From Macrostomum lignano (lineage: Eukaryota), in the NCBI GenBank assembly GCA_002269645.1, contig NIVC01002243.1, forward strand, positions 1-55,774: a stretch of 55,774 bases of DNA, given 5' to 3'. Every line of letters begins with the position of its first letter. Within the stretch, counting starts at the first letter, position 1. The notes below the pieces were generated by a model that saw only the letters and a program-made list of their open reading frames with translations, had not been told where the DNA came from and made no database searches. The translations under genes and the position numbers were made by a program. Shown here piece by piece: positions 12,401 through 24,400 of the stretch.

Positions 12401-15400
12401 CCCTTTGAAGTTGCACCGCGATTGTTTTACATATCGACCAACTTTGCACGGCACCTTTCTTTTGTGAGTACGTTTTACAAGCTTGCAGTGGGCCTTCAGC
12501 TTCTTGCCAACAAGAAGCCACTTCTTTGTAACTGTCACAACTTCATTGGATATGCACTTCTTTGTGACGACCGTTTTGCGGCACCTGAATTGGTGAATTC
12601 GGTAATTAAGCAACTAGAAAAATAAAACTATGACAGCCACTCATATCAAAGATACATTTTCTAATGTTTTTCTTACCTGCATGGAACAGTCACGCGCTTC
12701 ACGAGTACCCAAATACATTGGCATTTTTTCGCCCGCCGCTGGTACAAATAATAGATGCGGAAACCTTTCCGACTGCAATTTCCGGGCACAATCTTCGCGC
12801 CCTTGCAGCGCACAAGTCGCACCGATTTATGAGACATCTTTTTGCAACCGTAGCCCTTGGGCACCCACCACTCTGTGTAAGTCACCACTTTGTTATTGCC
12901 CACGCATTTAACCAGCTTTTTTCGACCATGCCTCTTAGCGCAGTCACATATACGCGTGTGTTTTCGAGTCACATAGAGGCACTTGCAGTTCTTAGCATAG
13001 ACGTAGATTTTCTTAATAACTTGAACGTATTTATTTCGACTACTGCAGGCACGAGGCATTACCTGTGTGCGAACCCATCGAAGTTTTGTAGAACACGGTA
13101 GTCGATTATTGCGAACGCTACGCTTGCGCTCGCAACTGTTTCCACGCAGATGATAAGTGACGGTCTCGAAAATTTCCAGATTATGCCTCTTGCAAATGCG
13201 CTTCCTGAAGCCTTTTGGGCATTTACAGCGGCGCTTTTTCTTATGGGCCACATATTTCACGCATTTTTTCTGAGGCTTGTTAGTTCCTGGTATATTCTTT
13301 CCGGTTGGCTTGAGCTTATAAGCCAGCCAGATGTCAAGAGCGAACCAGCCAACACACTTCCCGCGGACATATTTTCGTACCGAAGAACAAGCACAGCGCT
13401 GCTTGTACACAGTCGTCTTCGACTTGCATCCGCATCCGACAGCATAGTAGATGGTTTTGAAAATTTTGCGGAAACCTTTTTGACATCGTGAAAATTTATA
13501 GACGGGATTTTTTCTACCACACCGCACTAGTTTAGTGTAAACTGTTCGCTTGGGGATGCACCTGTAACGACGCAGCTTGTAGCTAATAGTAACAGTCACC
13601 CACATATGCCGACTAGTGTCGCATGATCGCTTAGTGACACTTTTCTGACAACAGCACCTCAGCTTCTCCACGCGCACCCGTCGAGTAACGCACTTGCAAT
13701 TGATAGGTTTAGAATTGTAGTGGTGCACGATGAATCCACAGCGGTGACATTTGGTTTTTTTACTATAGGTTCCTCTGCAGCGTATCTTTTTGTCGCTTCG
13801 TTTCAATCGGCGTCTGCAGATCCGTGCTCCTCGCACCGGGTGGAATGTAAAGAGATCAGTGCGCCGGGTGTTATTGTTCACACACCGATTAACTCGTTTC
13901 GCCTTTCGGCACCGACAGATTCGGTATTTCAGGCTTTTTTGCTTCCAAACGCAGCCGCATCGTCCGTTGCTAACCAGGCGCAACAGACGGATCTCAGAAT
14001 ACCTGTCGCCATATTTGTTAAGCTTGCATTTTCCAGTAACCGTTTTGATCTCGAGCATTCTGAAAATTAACCGTATAATTTGCATCAATTTTGCATCTAA
14101 ACAATCTAGGCTGAATGCGAAAGCAACTGAGTGTTTTAATTTGCCACAACTGTCATCATCAACTTACTAATTTTCTTGTGTCGTGTCTGCACTTTTCTGA
14201 TACATTTGTAGCCAACCAGCTTGTAGAAGACAGTTGTATGGCGAACAGTTGAGCCACCGATACACTTTGAAAAGCGGCGCGTCCTGTACTTGCTGATTAG
14301 TTTGCACACGCATGGAACCCAGCGCACGATATGCTGACGCACGCACCTACACTTTCGGTTTACTTTCCATTCAGTTATGAGCTTCTGATAGCCCCGATGG
14401 CTACTTCCTCGGGCTGTGACGCAGCTGCCACGAATAATCCTGCTTCTACGTCGCCCATCGCAATCTATGGAGTTGGTGGTTATTGAATTTCCAATGAACG
14501 CGCAATTCACCGGTCAGGAATACGAGCAGAAAATATGTAAGTAGGCAGAAGCCGATTTATTACTTACATACAGGTTTCGCCACTTTGGAGACGGATCGGA
14601 CGCATCGCTCCCCAATCAGTTTGTATCGGAAATTGTAGTTATAAATGCGCCGCGCTTGCATTCAGTCCTGGAACTATTCTTCTTGTGACAGTCGCAGTCA
14701 GCCCGCCTGGTCTGTACACGCCTTTCACATTTGCACTTCTTCTTGTTAAGGTGCCACACGTATCGCGTGATTATTCGGCGGCAGCGGATGCACGGACCGC
14801 GTTTTTCTCTTGGCGCAGAGCAAGTGTGCGGCCGACTGCGGCACTGCTTCAGTTTTAAACAACGCTGCTTTTGTCGCTGCAGTTGGTAGCTGATCTGACA
14901 AGTCTTCCAGCGACCACGTCCATCGCACACTGTAAACTTGCGATCCTTCAGACATGCGCACAGATATCTGTGCCTCCTTACCTGCCGGATGCACTCTCGA
15001 TTCTTCAGTGTGAAGTATATCACTGTTTTTACCATATACCGATTGCGGCACTTGCCCCATCGAACTTTCGGAGGCTGGCAGCCTGGTTGATAAAACGAAA
15101 ATGTTTTAAAAGTTGCATTAGTTTTCCAGCAGATAACACTGAATAGGTAGAAGGAACAATAATATAAAAAACTCACGACATCTTCCACTATAGCGCTTCA
15201 GCCTCTTAACGCATTTGCAACCGACTATGTGCCAGGTAGTTACCACTTTTCTCCAAAGCCCGGTGCGTCGATCACAATGTTCTTTCTTCTCCCCTCTGGG
15301 ACATCGGACATTCACGTATCGATAGCTCTTCCTGGATACGACTTTAAGCTGTGGAACCCGCACTCGACCATCGCGATCCTTCAAGAGGGGCTTGCTCGGG

Positions 15401-18400
15401 ACCAGAGAGTATGTTGTCGTCTCCCATACACGGCGACCCTTTCGGGCATCGCAATAGTGACGCGTCTTGGGCTTTGGAGTGCAGCAGCGCTGCAGACCTG
15501 ATTTTCTATAGTGATGAATACGGCAAGAATGCACGTAGCACTGACTGAGAGAAACACGCCGCCGGCACTTTGAACATCCATAAAATTTGATTTGCACTTT
15601 CTTGCCCTTGCATTTAACAGGCCGTCGCTGTTCAGTTCGAGTCAAGTGGCAGGTGGAGCCCTTGCGTTTGTATGTGTAGCGCACTGTCACGAAGTAGCGA
15701 CCGCTGCGGCTACATTTAGTGCGGCTTGAATTTTTCTTGCAACGGCACAGCTTCATCTCTTTCTTTTGCTTACTGACGCACTTACAGTCCTGTCGTACCT
15801 TCCATGTCAGCAGATACTTGGTGTACCAACCGTGCTGATGCATAATACCGCATTTCCGAGATAGTCGGGAGACACGCTCACGCTTTGAACATTTCACCGG
15901 ATAATACGAAGTTTGGCTCTTGGAACTGCAGCTGGTGGCACCGCAGCAAGAGTGAAACGATTTCTGGATTACAGCAATGATACCGGTTTTGTGATGGCAG
16001 ACTCGTTTCTTGTATGACTTCTTGTTACAATCTGAAATATTTGAGCAAATGTTTAAATATGTGGAGAAAACCGGTGCATTAAGAAATTAGTCATCAACCC
16101 TGGCATACTTACTGCAAGCAAATACTTTTTTCTTAACAAAGCTTTTGCAGTGGCAAAGCACAGGCTTCTGTCTAATAACAGTACGAGTCGTGCGGAAGTT
16201 TTTGCAGTTAGACCATTTGACACTCTTTCCTTGACATTCTACCGCTTCTTGCAACAATGAAGTCTTCAGTACACACTCCCTCCGGCCGTGGCGCTTGCAC
16301 AAATTCCATTTCTTGATTACAGTTACGAAAACTCGCCCATTAGAAGCGCAAGTTTTGGTTCGCTGTGACGCCTTGCACCGGCACGGCTCCCAGTACAACA
16401 GATAGCGCTTTGGTTTGCAAACAACTTTGCCATTCTGATGATAGAGCTGGAATACAATGCGAAACACTCGTCGCTTGGATTTTTTACCGCACTTCTCGAA
16501 CTTTTTTGTTGAAGGCCGACACTTGCAATGCACGTACTTTACTTGAAGCTTCTTGACACATTTACAGCCTTGAAGTGAATAGCTGGTGATTTCTGCCTTC
16601 TGCTTGAGTGACTTCATGTTGCAAGCGAACCGTTTTATTGTACTGCAAGGACAAATCACTTTAGAGGTAGTGACGTGTCGCTTCTTTAAACAGCTGCCGG
16701 AACACAGGCTCCAGGACAAGCATACCTTCTGCTTCACGCCACCCTTGCACTGCACATACTTGCGAGGCTTGGGGCAGCAACAAAGACTTTTTCGGACTTT
16801 TCGCTTTTTCAACAGACATTTGCAGCCTCGAACGTGGTAGTACCATGTATAGTGCTTCCTGACACAGCCCTTGCACTGTCCACGCTTGGTTTTCTTTTTT
16901 GGACAAGCAACGGGTACTTGTTTTTTGCAGACAGTCTTCTTACAGACACCATGTCGCAATCTATATTTCACTTGCTCGAAAAGCCACTTGTTTCCAAGGC
17001 AACGCTTCTTGTGGTGGGACTTCGGACAACAACAGCGAATGCGGTAAGAACGTGTTTTTCGAAGACAATGGCAGCGTCGCATTAGGTAGTGATGAATATG
17101 CTTCACTCCCTGGCAACCTTTGCATGAACGTGTCACCCAATGGTTCTTTGGACAGACTAGGTGATTAGTCACGCGCTTCACCATTCGAATGCACCTGTTT
17201 TCTCGAGTTGAAAGCTTCCAATATGTAATCACTGATATCTTCTTTGTGTGGCCCTGACAGAAGCTAACGCGCTTGCTTTGTTGACAGCCTGGATTTCGGT
17301 AAAATTTACAAAATACAACTTCATATAAAACAAGAAAAATTATAAAGATTAGAGCTTATAAAAAATTTACTCACTGCAAATAATTTTTTCTGAGTAATGC
17401 GTTTGTTGCATCTGCACAGACCCCGTACTTTGGTAAAATGGTAACAGTAGCGCACTTTGTAGCCAGTCTTCTTATTGCACTTGCTTGACCGACAGTAATT
17501 CTTTGGGCACACTAAAATGTAATGACGGCCAGTCAGTTTTCATTGCATAATGGATTCATTTCGTTTATACTGAAATGAACGGGTAAGATTTCTCACCAAG
17601 TTTTTTCACAACAACAGTGGAATGCCGCTTTATGCATGTTCTGCTTGACGCGACGAACACAGTCCGCGTGAGCCGCTTCATGGTGGAGCCAGTTCGCTTG
17701 TTGCAGAACAGCTTGTATGTCGGTCGAGGGTGGCAACAGCAGCGCAGGTAGAATACTCTCTGGTGTCGCTTGCATTTGAAATTGTCAAGTTTACCATGAG
17801 AGGTGAACCACGTTTTTACAATAGCCATTTTGCAGGTAGTCTTGCTGCACTTTCCTCTCTTTTCGCTCGAACCTTTGCATCCTAAAAGTATGACATTTAG
17901 TAAAAATAAACAAACTGCATTTGATTTTGTCTGTCTAGTAAAAATATTGCAAATGAGAACTTACTGCACAGCACCCGGCGCGTTGATCGGCGGTACACAA
18001 TGCATTTGCATTTGTGAATCTTTCTGTGTGTAATGTAAACAGTAGAGTGTCGCGTTCGCTTGTTACAGGCTCCTCTCTTTTCGGTGGTACGACAGTTGCT
18101 AACCTTGTACAACAGGCGCTTTGTTGTGCGACTGACACACACACGCTTCTGATTGAGTCTTCTGGTGGTTTTGTAGCGATAGAGGTAACGGTTTCGCTCG
18201 CACCTGGTGTTGATAATGTGTGCTGGCCGGCAGCAGCAGGTTCGCTGTGTCACTCGCCAACTGCTTAAACAGCGGCAGCGCTTCAAACTCACGACCTCGC
18301 GCCTCACAACTTGACGGCATGTGGCTTTGTTGCAGCGAAGCACCCTTATGACACCTCTGCGACACTTAACAGATCGTATTGACTCTTTGACTTTAGAAAC

Positions 18401-21400
18401 GCATTGACCATGAACCAGCTTCCAAGTTTTGTAGTACCACACCCGATATCGATTCTTTTTACAAACTGGACCCGACACGGACGGTTTTGGGCAGCAGCAG
18501 GTTTTGTAGCGATAGTAAGTGCGCCTCTTGCATTTACATTTGTCCATTGAATATGTAAAATACGTGATGCGCCGTCGACAAGTCTTTTTATTGCACTCGC
18601 CAACTGCAGGACTTTTTCTTGGACAACTGACGCAGTTAGTCCTGCGGTTGATCTTAGCAACGCATACCCGACGCCGTCCATCAAATTTATAACTCGTGTA
18701 AGTGGTCACCCAGCAGTTTTTCAAGCACTTCGTGTTTTTATGCGGCTTCTTAATGCAGCAGCACCGTCTCCTGTGTCGGTTGCGCACAACGTTCTTGCAA
18801 CGACAGCGCGGTTTATCAACTACACTTATTAGAGTGTGTACGGACTGATAGCAATTCCCTTTATTGCATCTGTAGAGTATTGGAATCAGAATATGCGAAT
18901 AAGTTTAATTGTTTGCCTGCTAAAACAAATAAAAAAAAAGATTAAGTAACAATCACCTTCCAACTTTTATGACTGGCTTTTGCTTGCAGCTCCAGCGATG
19001 CAGAAAACGGTTGCGAACGCGCCGTCTACAGCGCCAGTTGTGCAGTTGGTAGTAGATTTTCTTTTCGTAGACGCTGCTGTTCTTGCAAAATTTGCTAAAC
19101 CGTGGCTTCGTCAGGCAACAGCAGACGCGCTTACGGCCAGTCAGGCGTTGCCTCTTTTCACAGCGGCACCGCTTAGCTTTATAGTATGTTACCTATTGAA
19201 GGAAAAGTAAGGACTGGATTCAATAACTGCTCATTTAAATGTGAAAATTTATGCTAACTACCTGTTGGTGACTGTGGCATGAGCGACGATTACATTTCAA
19301 CCACTTGTAAGTTTTTCTGGTCGAACAGGACACTTTCTCGCGGCGGCGCGTCTTCCATTTCGGCAACCGCAGCGCCGTCCGGTAAGAGGAGCATTGTGCG
19401 TGAAAACTCTCTCCCATTCGTCAAAAGTGTTGGAACCTTTGGGGCAGCAGCAGGGACAGCGCCGCCGTTCAATCGCAGAAAAGTAGCAGGCGCATCGCTT
19501 TGGATCCAGGCGCCGCTCCAGCGTATAAATGTATCGGTGACAGCCTTGACAAGAGGCGTCGGTGTCTGTAGACTTTTTTATAGCAGGCGTATTTTTTAGA
19601 ATGAACCGCACTGACTTCGTCACCCACTTTCCGGCCTCGCAATATCGGCGCTTGTAGCCTTTGGGGCAGCGGCAACGGATCTGGCGGGTGAACTGGCGCT
19701 TGGTGCGACACCGACGATGCTTCATGTCCCACACGCGAACTTCAACTACTTCGCGACGTGTATAGCCATGTCGTGGGCACTTGCCGCGTCGGATAATTCG
19801 CTTACAGTCTAGCAAAGAAAAAACAAGGTAAAAAAATTTAGCGGAATTTATACTAACTATGATTTATTAAGAAAGTATAATACTTACGGCAATTTCTCTT
19901 TCGTTTGAGTCGCTTTTCAATGCACTTGCAACCCTTGCGCTCGTGGTAGATCGTTGTCTCAATGTAGTATTTGTTTTTGATGCACTTGCTGTTGACATAT
20001 CGCTTCTTGCTGCGACACACTGCGAAGGGTAATGGTGGCTTTTAGAAACAAGTGTTATTTTGTACAGTTCCCTATTTTTTGTGATAATAGCACCTGGCGC
20101 GTTTTTTTAGTCAAGCTGCAAAAGTCTGTCGTCTTATGCCACGATTAGACTATGCTTCATGTGCTTGAAGACTAGAATATTTAACAACAGTTGATTAACT
20201 TACAAACTCGGTGACTCGTGGTCTTCTTCTTAGTAACGCACACGTGGCGTCGGTTGCTCCACCTTCTTGTTATTCGGACTTTTATTATTTCACCTTGCAC
20301 CTTTTTACAATAGCGTTTAAGCTCAACTTTTTTGCCACTGCAACCGCATTTGACGTGTTTGCGCTGTACGAGTTTGACACACTTGCAGTTCCTCTTCACT
20401 GAGTAGTACCTCAGCACCAACTGCAGGCGCCTGGCCTCGTTGCAGTTTCGCTTCTCATAGTAGGCTCGAGGACAGCGGAAGTTTCTGTAGGTCTTCTTAG
20501 ATCGTTTAACACACCTGCCGCGCACCAGGACGAAGTGAAATTTTTCGGTTCCCTTGCGGTTCTTGCGCTTGTCGCAGAAGTGCACGGTCAGCCGGCCTGC
20601 TTGCTTGTTTTCTCGGTGGCAATCTAAAGTTATTTTGTAAATTGCCTTCTAATCACGAAATTTCAACTCAATATTAGCAGTAGTTTTTCACAATTTTACT
20701 TACTGCATCTCTGCCTCTTGTTGTGCACAGACCAGACTAGGCGGCATTTGCAATTCTTGGGTCGCATTACACCGATGTAGATAACCTTAACGCCGCTCTT
20801 AGGCTTGCATTCCGATCTTTTCTGAACTTTGCAGGAGCATTTTACCTTTTTTCTTTCTATACGACTTCGCTTCAGGCAGCGGCCTTTCGACAGAATCCAA
20901 AAAGTGATTTTCTTCTCGAAGGCGTTTCGTTTGGGATTGCAGTAGCTGCGGCCCGTTATTGGCTTTGGACATCCTGTTTTGTATGAATGAGCATGGTGTG
21001 AGTTGAGGTTATTGGCTTTGGGCATCCTGTTTTGTATGAATGAGCATGGTGTGAGTTGAGGTTATAGGCTTTGGACATCCTGTTTTGCATGAATGAGCAT
21101 GGTGTGAGTTGAGGTTATAGACTTTGGACATCCTGTTTTGCATGAATGAGCATGGTGTGAGTTGAGGTTATAGACTTTGGACATCCTCTTTTGCATGAAT
21201 GAGCATGGTCTGAGTTGAGGTTATAGGCTTTGGACATCCTGTTTTGCATGAATGAGCATGGTGTGAGTTGAGGTTATAGACTTTGGACATCCTCTTTTGC
21301 ATGAATGAGCATGATCTGAGTTGAGGTTATAGGCTTTGGGCATCCTGTTTTGTATGAATGAGCATGGTGTGAGTTGAGGTTATAGGCTTTGGACATCCTC

Positions 21401-24400
21401 TTTTGCTTGAATGAGCATGGTGTGAGTTGAGGTTATAGGCTTTGGACATCCTGTTTTGCTTGAATGAGCATGGTGTGAGTTGAGGTTATAGGCTTTGGAC
21501 ATCCTGTTTTGTATGAATGAGCATGGTCTGAGTTGAGGTTATAGGCTTTGGACATCCTGTTTTGCATGAATGAGCATGGTGTGAGTTGAGGTTATTGGCT
21601 TTGGACATCCTGTTTTGTATGAATGAGCATGGTGTGAGTTGAGGTTATAGGCTTTGGACATCCTGTTTTGCATGAATGAGCATGGTGTGAGTTGAGGTTA
21701 TAGACTTTGGACATCCTGTTTTGCATGAATGAGCATGGTCTGAGTTGAGGTTATAGGCTTTGGACATCCTGTTTTGTATGAATGAGCATGGTCTGAGTTG
21801 AGGTTATAGACTTTGGACATCCTGTTTTGCATGAATGAGCATGGTTTGAGTTGAGGTTATAGGCTTTGAACATCCTGCCTTGCTTGAATGAGCATGGTGT
21901 GAGTTGAGGTTATAGGCTTTGGACATCCTATTTTGCTTGAATAAGCATGGTCTGAGTTGAGGTTCTAGGCTTTGAACATCCTGCCTTGCTTGAATGAGCA
22001 TGGTCTGAGTTGAGGTTATAGACTTTGGACATCCTGTTTTGCATGAATGAGCATGGTGTGAGTTGAGGTTATAGACTTTGGACATCCTGCCTTGCTTGAA
22101 TGAGCATGGTCTGAGTTGAGGTTATAGGCTTTGAACATCCTGCTTTGCTTGAATGAGCATGGTCTGAGTTCAGGCAGCTCAGAAGAGATCAGAGAGGCGA
22201 TGGATCAGCAGTGTAAACATAATATGTATTATTAATATGATTCGATACTTACCGCAACGAAGCTTCTTCGTGGTCGTTCTCTTCAGACATTGGCAGTCTT
22301 TTCTATACCACCACTGTCTGTAGTGCGTGACAATGCCGGTACGCTTGTTGCAGTGCTTCCACTTCTTAACAGTTTTGCTGCAGCGAACAGGCACTCTGCG
22401 ATCGTGCACCTTAGAGATGCATTTGTTGCAACCTTGCAGACGCCAGATTATGTGTCGAGTGACTTTTTCACGGCGAACTTTGTCGCAAAAGCGAATTATT
22501 TTCTTCGATCGGCAGTGCGTTCTACAGACTCGTTTGGTAATTCTCACCCGGCACTTGCACTTCGAGACGTACCAGCTGTAAGTAGCCAGATAGTAGTAAC
22601 CCTTCTTCGGATGGGGAATCCTTTTGGTCTCCGGCTTTCGATTGCAGTGCACCCGCTTACTGCTTGTTTTGTATACTTTACGGCATCTGTACGCTTTCAG
22701 TTGATAATAGCTAATTTGCCGCATCTGATACTGATTCTTCCTGCACCAATTTTTCACGCGCCGGTTGGGCCGGCAGCAGCATCGGAAGTGAAGCCTCTTA
22801 AAGATATGCTCACGGCAACGCTTTCCAAAAGCTTTGTAGAAATAGAAAAGCTTGGAGAACGTGCACTGGCGACCGCAGTTCTTCGTAGTGCAACCCTTAG
22901 GACACTTTGTTACCCTGGTGTGTTTGCCGCCGCGGCAGCCGCACATTTCGCGAGCGACGCGTTTTGCCGGGACGCAGGAGCAGCTGCCTGAGCGTCGCTT
23001 GTAATACCGGAACTCAACCCGCCGGTAGCGAACGTTGCCCGACAGCAGGCGACATGGACCCGCTAGTCGTTTCACATCGCGTCTGCACTCTGAAAATGGA
23101 ATTAAATCGGTTTTATAAGCGACATGGATCGGCACCATCAATAAAGCTTCAATTGCTAATCGACAGTCATTCTGTCTCCACTTACTGACAGTAACCTTCT
23201 TCGTCAACGTTCTCTTAATGCAGTTGTTTCCTTTTTTCTCATACCAAAACTTCGTGAAGATGCGCTGACCTTTTCGTCCGTCGCAACTAACAATTACACC
23301 ACCTTTCGGGCATTTGATTCGGATTTTGCGAATAATAATCTTTTTTATACAGCGATATTTTATCAGTGTATAAGTCACAGTAATGATCTTCTTCCAGTAT
23401 TGATTAATGCGAGCAACAACTCTGGAGGTACGCGGACAGCCTGAAATTCAGTAATAAACTTGTCTATTAATTTCAAAAGTAGAAACTATTTTGACGAGTT
23501 GAAATACAAAAACTCGTACAAAAATACCTACAGCATTTTCCGATGTGCTTTACTTTGGAGTACTTCCGGCACTTGCAGTTGCGCACGTGAAAATAGCTGA
23601 TATGCCTAAAAGCCTTGCAAGAGCGTCGATGACAGCGCACAAAATTTTGTTGGTTACGATCGCAGCGGATTTTCCGTGTCCTTTTTGTTTGATGAGGCAC
23701 GCAGCGGCCGTTCTTCAGCTTCCAGTGGGTCGTCACGATCAGATAGTAGCTGCCTTTGCAGACAGAGACAGACTTTGGCTTGCTGCAGCGGCACATAATT
23801 TTCTTCCGGCTCACTTTGCGAGACCGGCAGCGACATTTGTGAGCATAGCGCTTATAGGTGATTCGAAAGTAGTATTTGCGGCCTGGAGTGCACTTTCCAG
23901 TGTGGAAGAAGCCTGTACAGTCTGAAATTTTTGTTGTTAGAGTAAAGTTTCGATGCAAACGCGAGTTCAGTGGAGAAGCGCTTAAGATGCTCGCTAGCTA
24001 ACTTACTGATTTTCCTCACAACTTTTGTGCTCGTTTTTCTCTCGCATCGAGAACAACGTCTTGTAGGCTTATACGTTTTGGTGATTCGCACTGTGACAAC
24101 ATTATTCCTGCACTCGGTATAGCTGATGCTCTTCTTCTTGCCAATGGGCGGACAAGGGCACTTGCGCTTAATAAGAAGTAGAACTCTTACACACCTCTTC
24201 TTTCCGTGCTTCTCTCGGTACTGCAGAAGTCGCTTGCCAATCTGCACACCTTTGCAATAGTTGCAGTTGTACCAACGGACTTTGCTTATGTACGGGCAAG
24301 CTGCAATCGAGAAAGCAGTGAAACATTAGCTCATAATATGTGTAGAAATACTATTGGCTCCAGACAGAAAATACGCTTCCAGCTTACCTCCGCAAGGATG

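Noticed and set aside
20961-22169. CRISPR-like appearance of the regular arrays
   Set aside because: Head-to-tail units without unique spacers, no cas genes, eukaryotic context.
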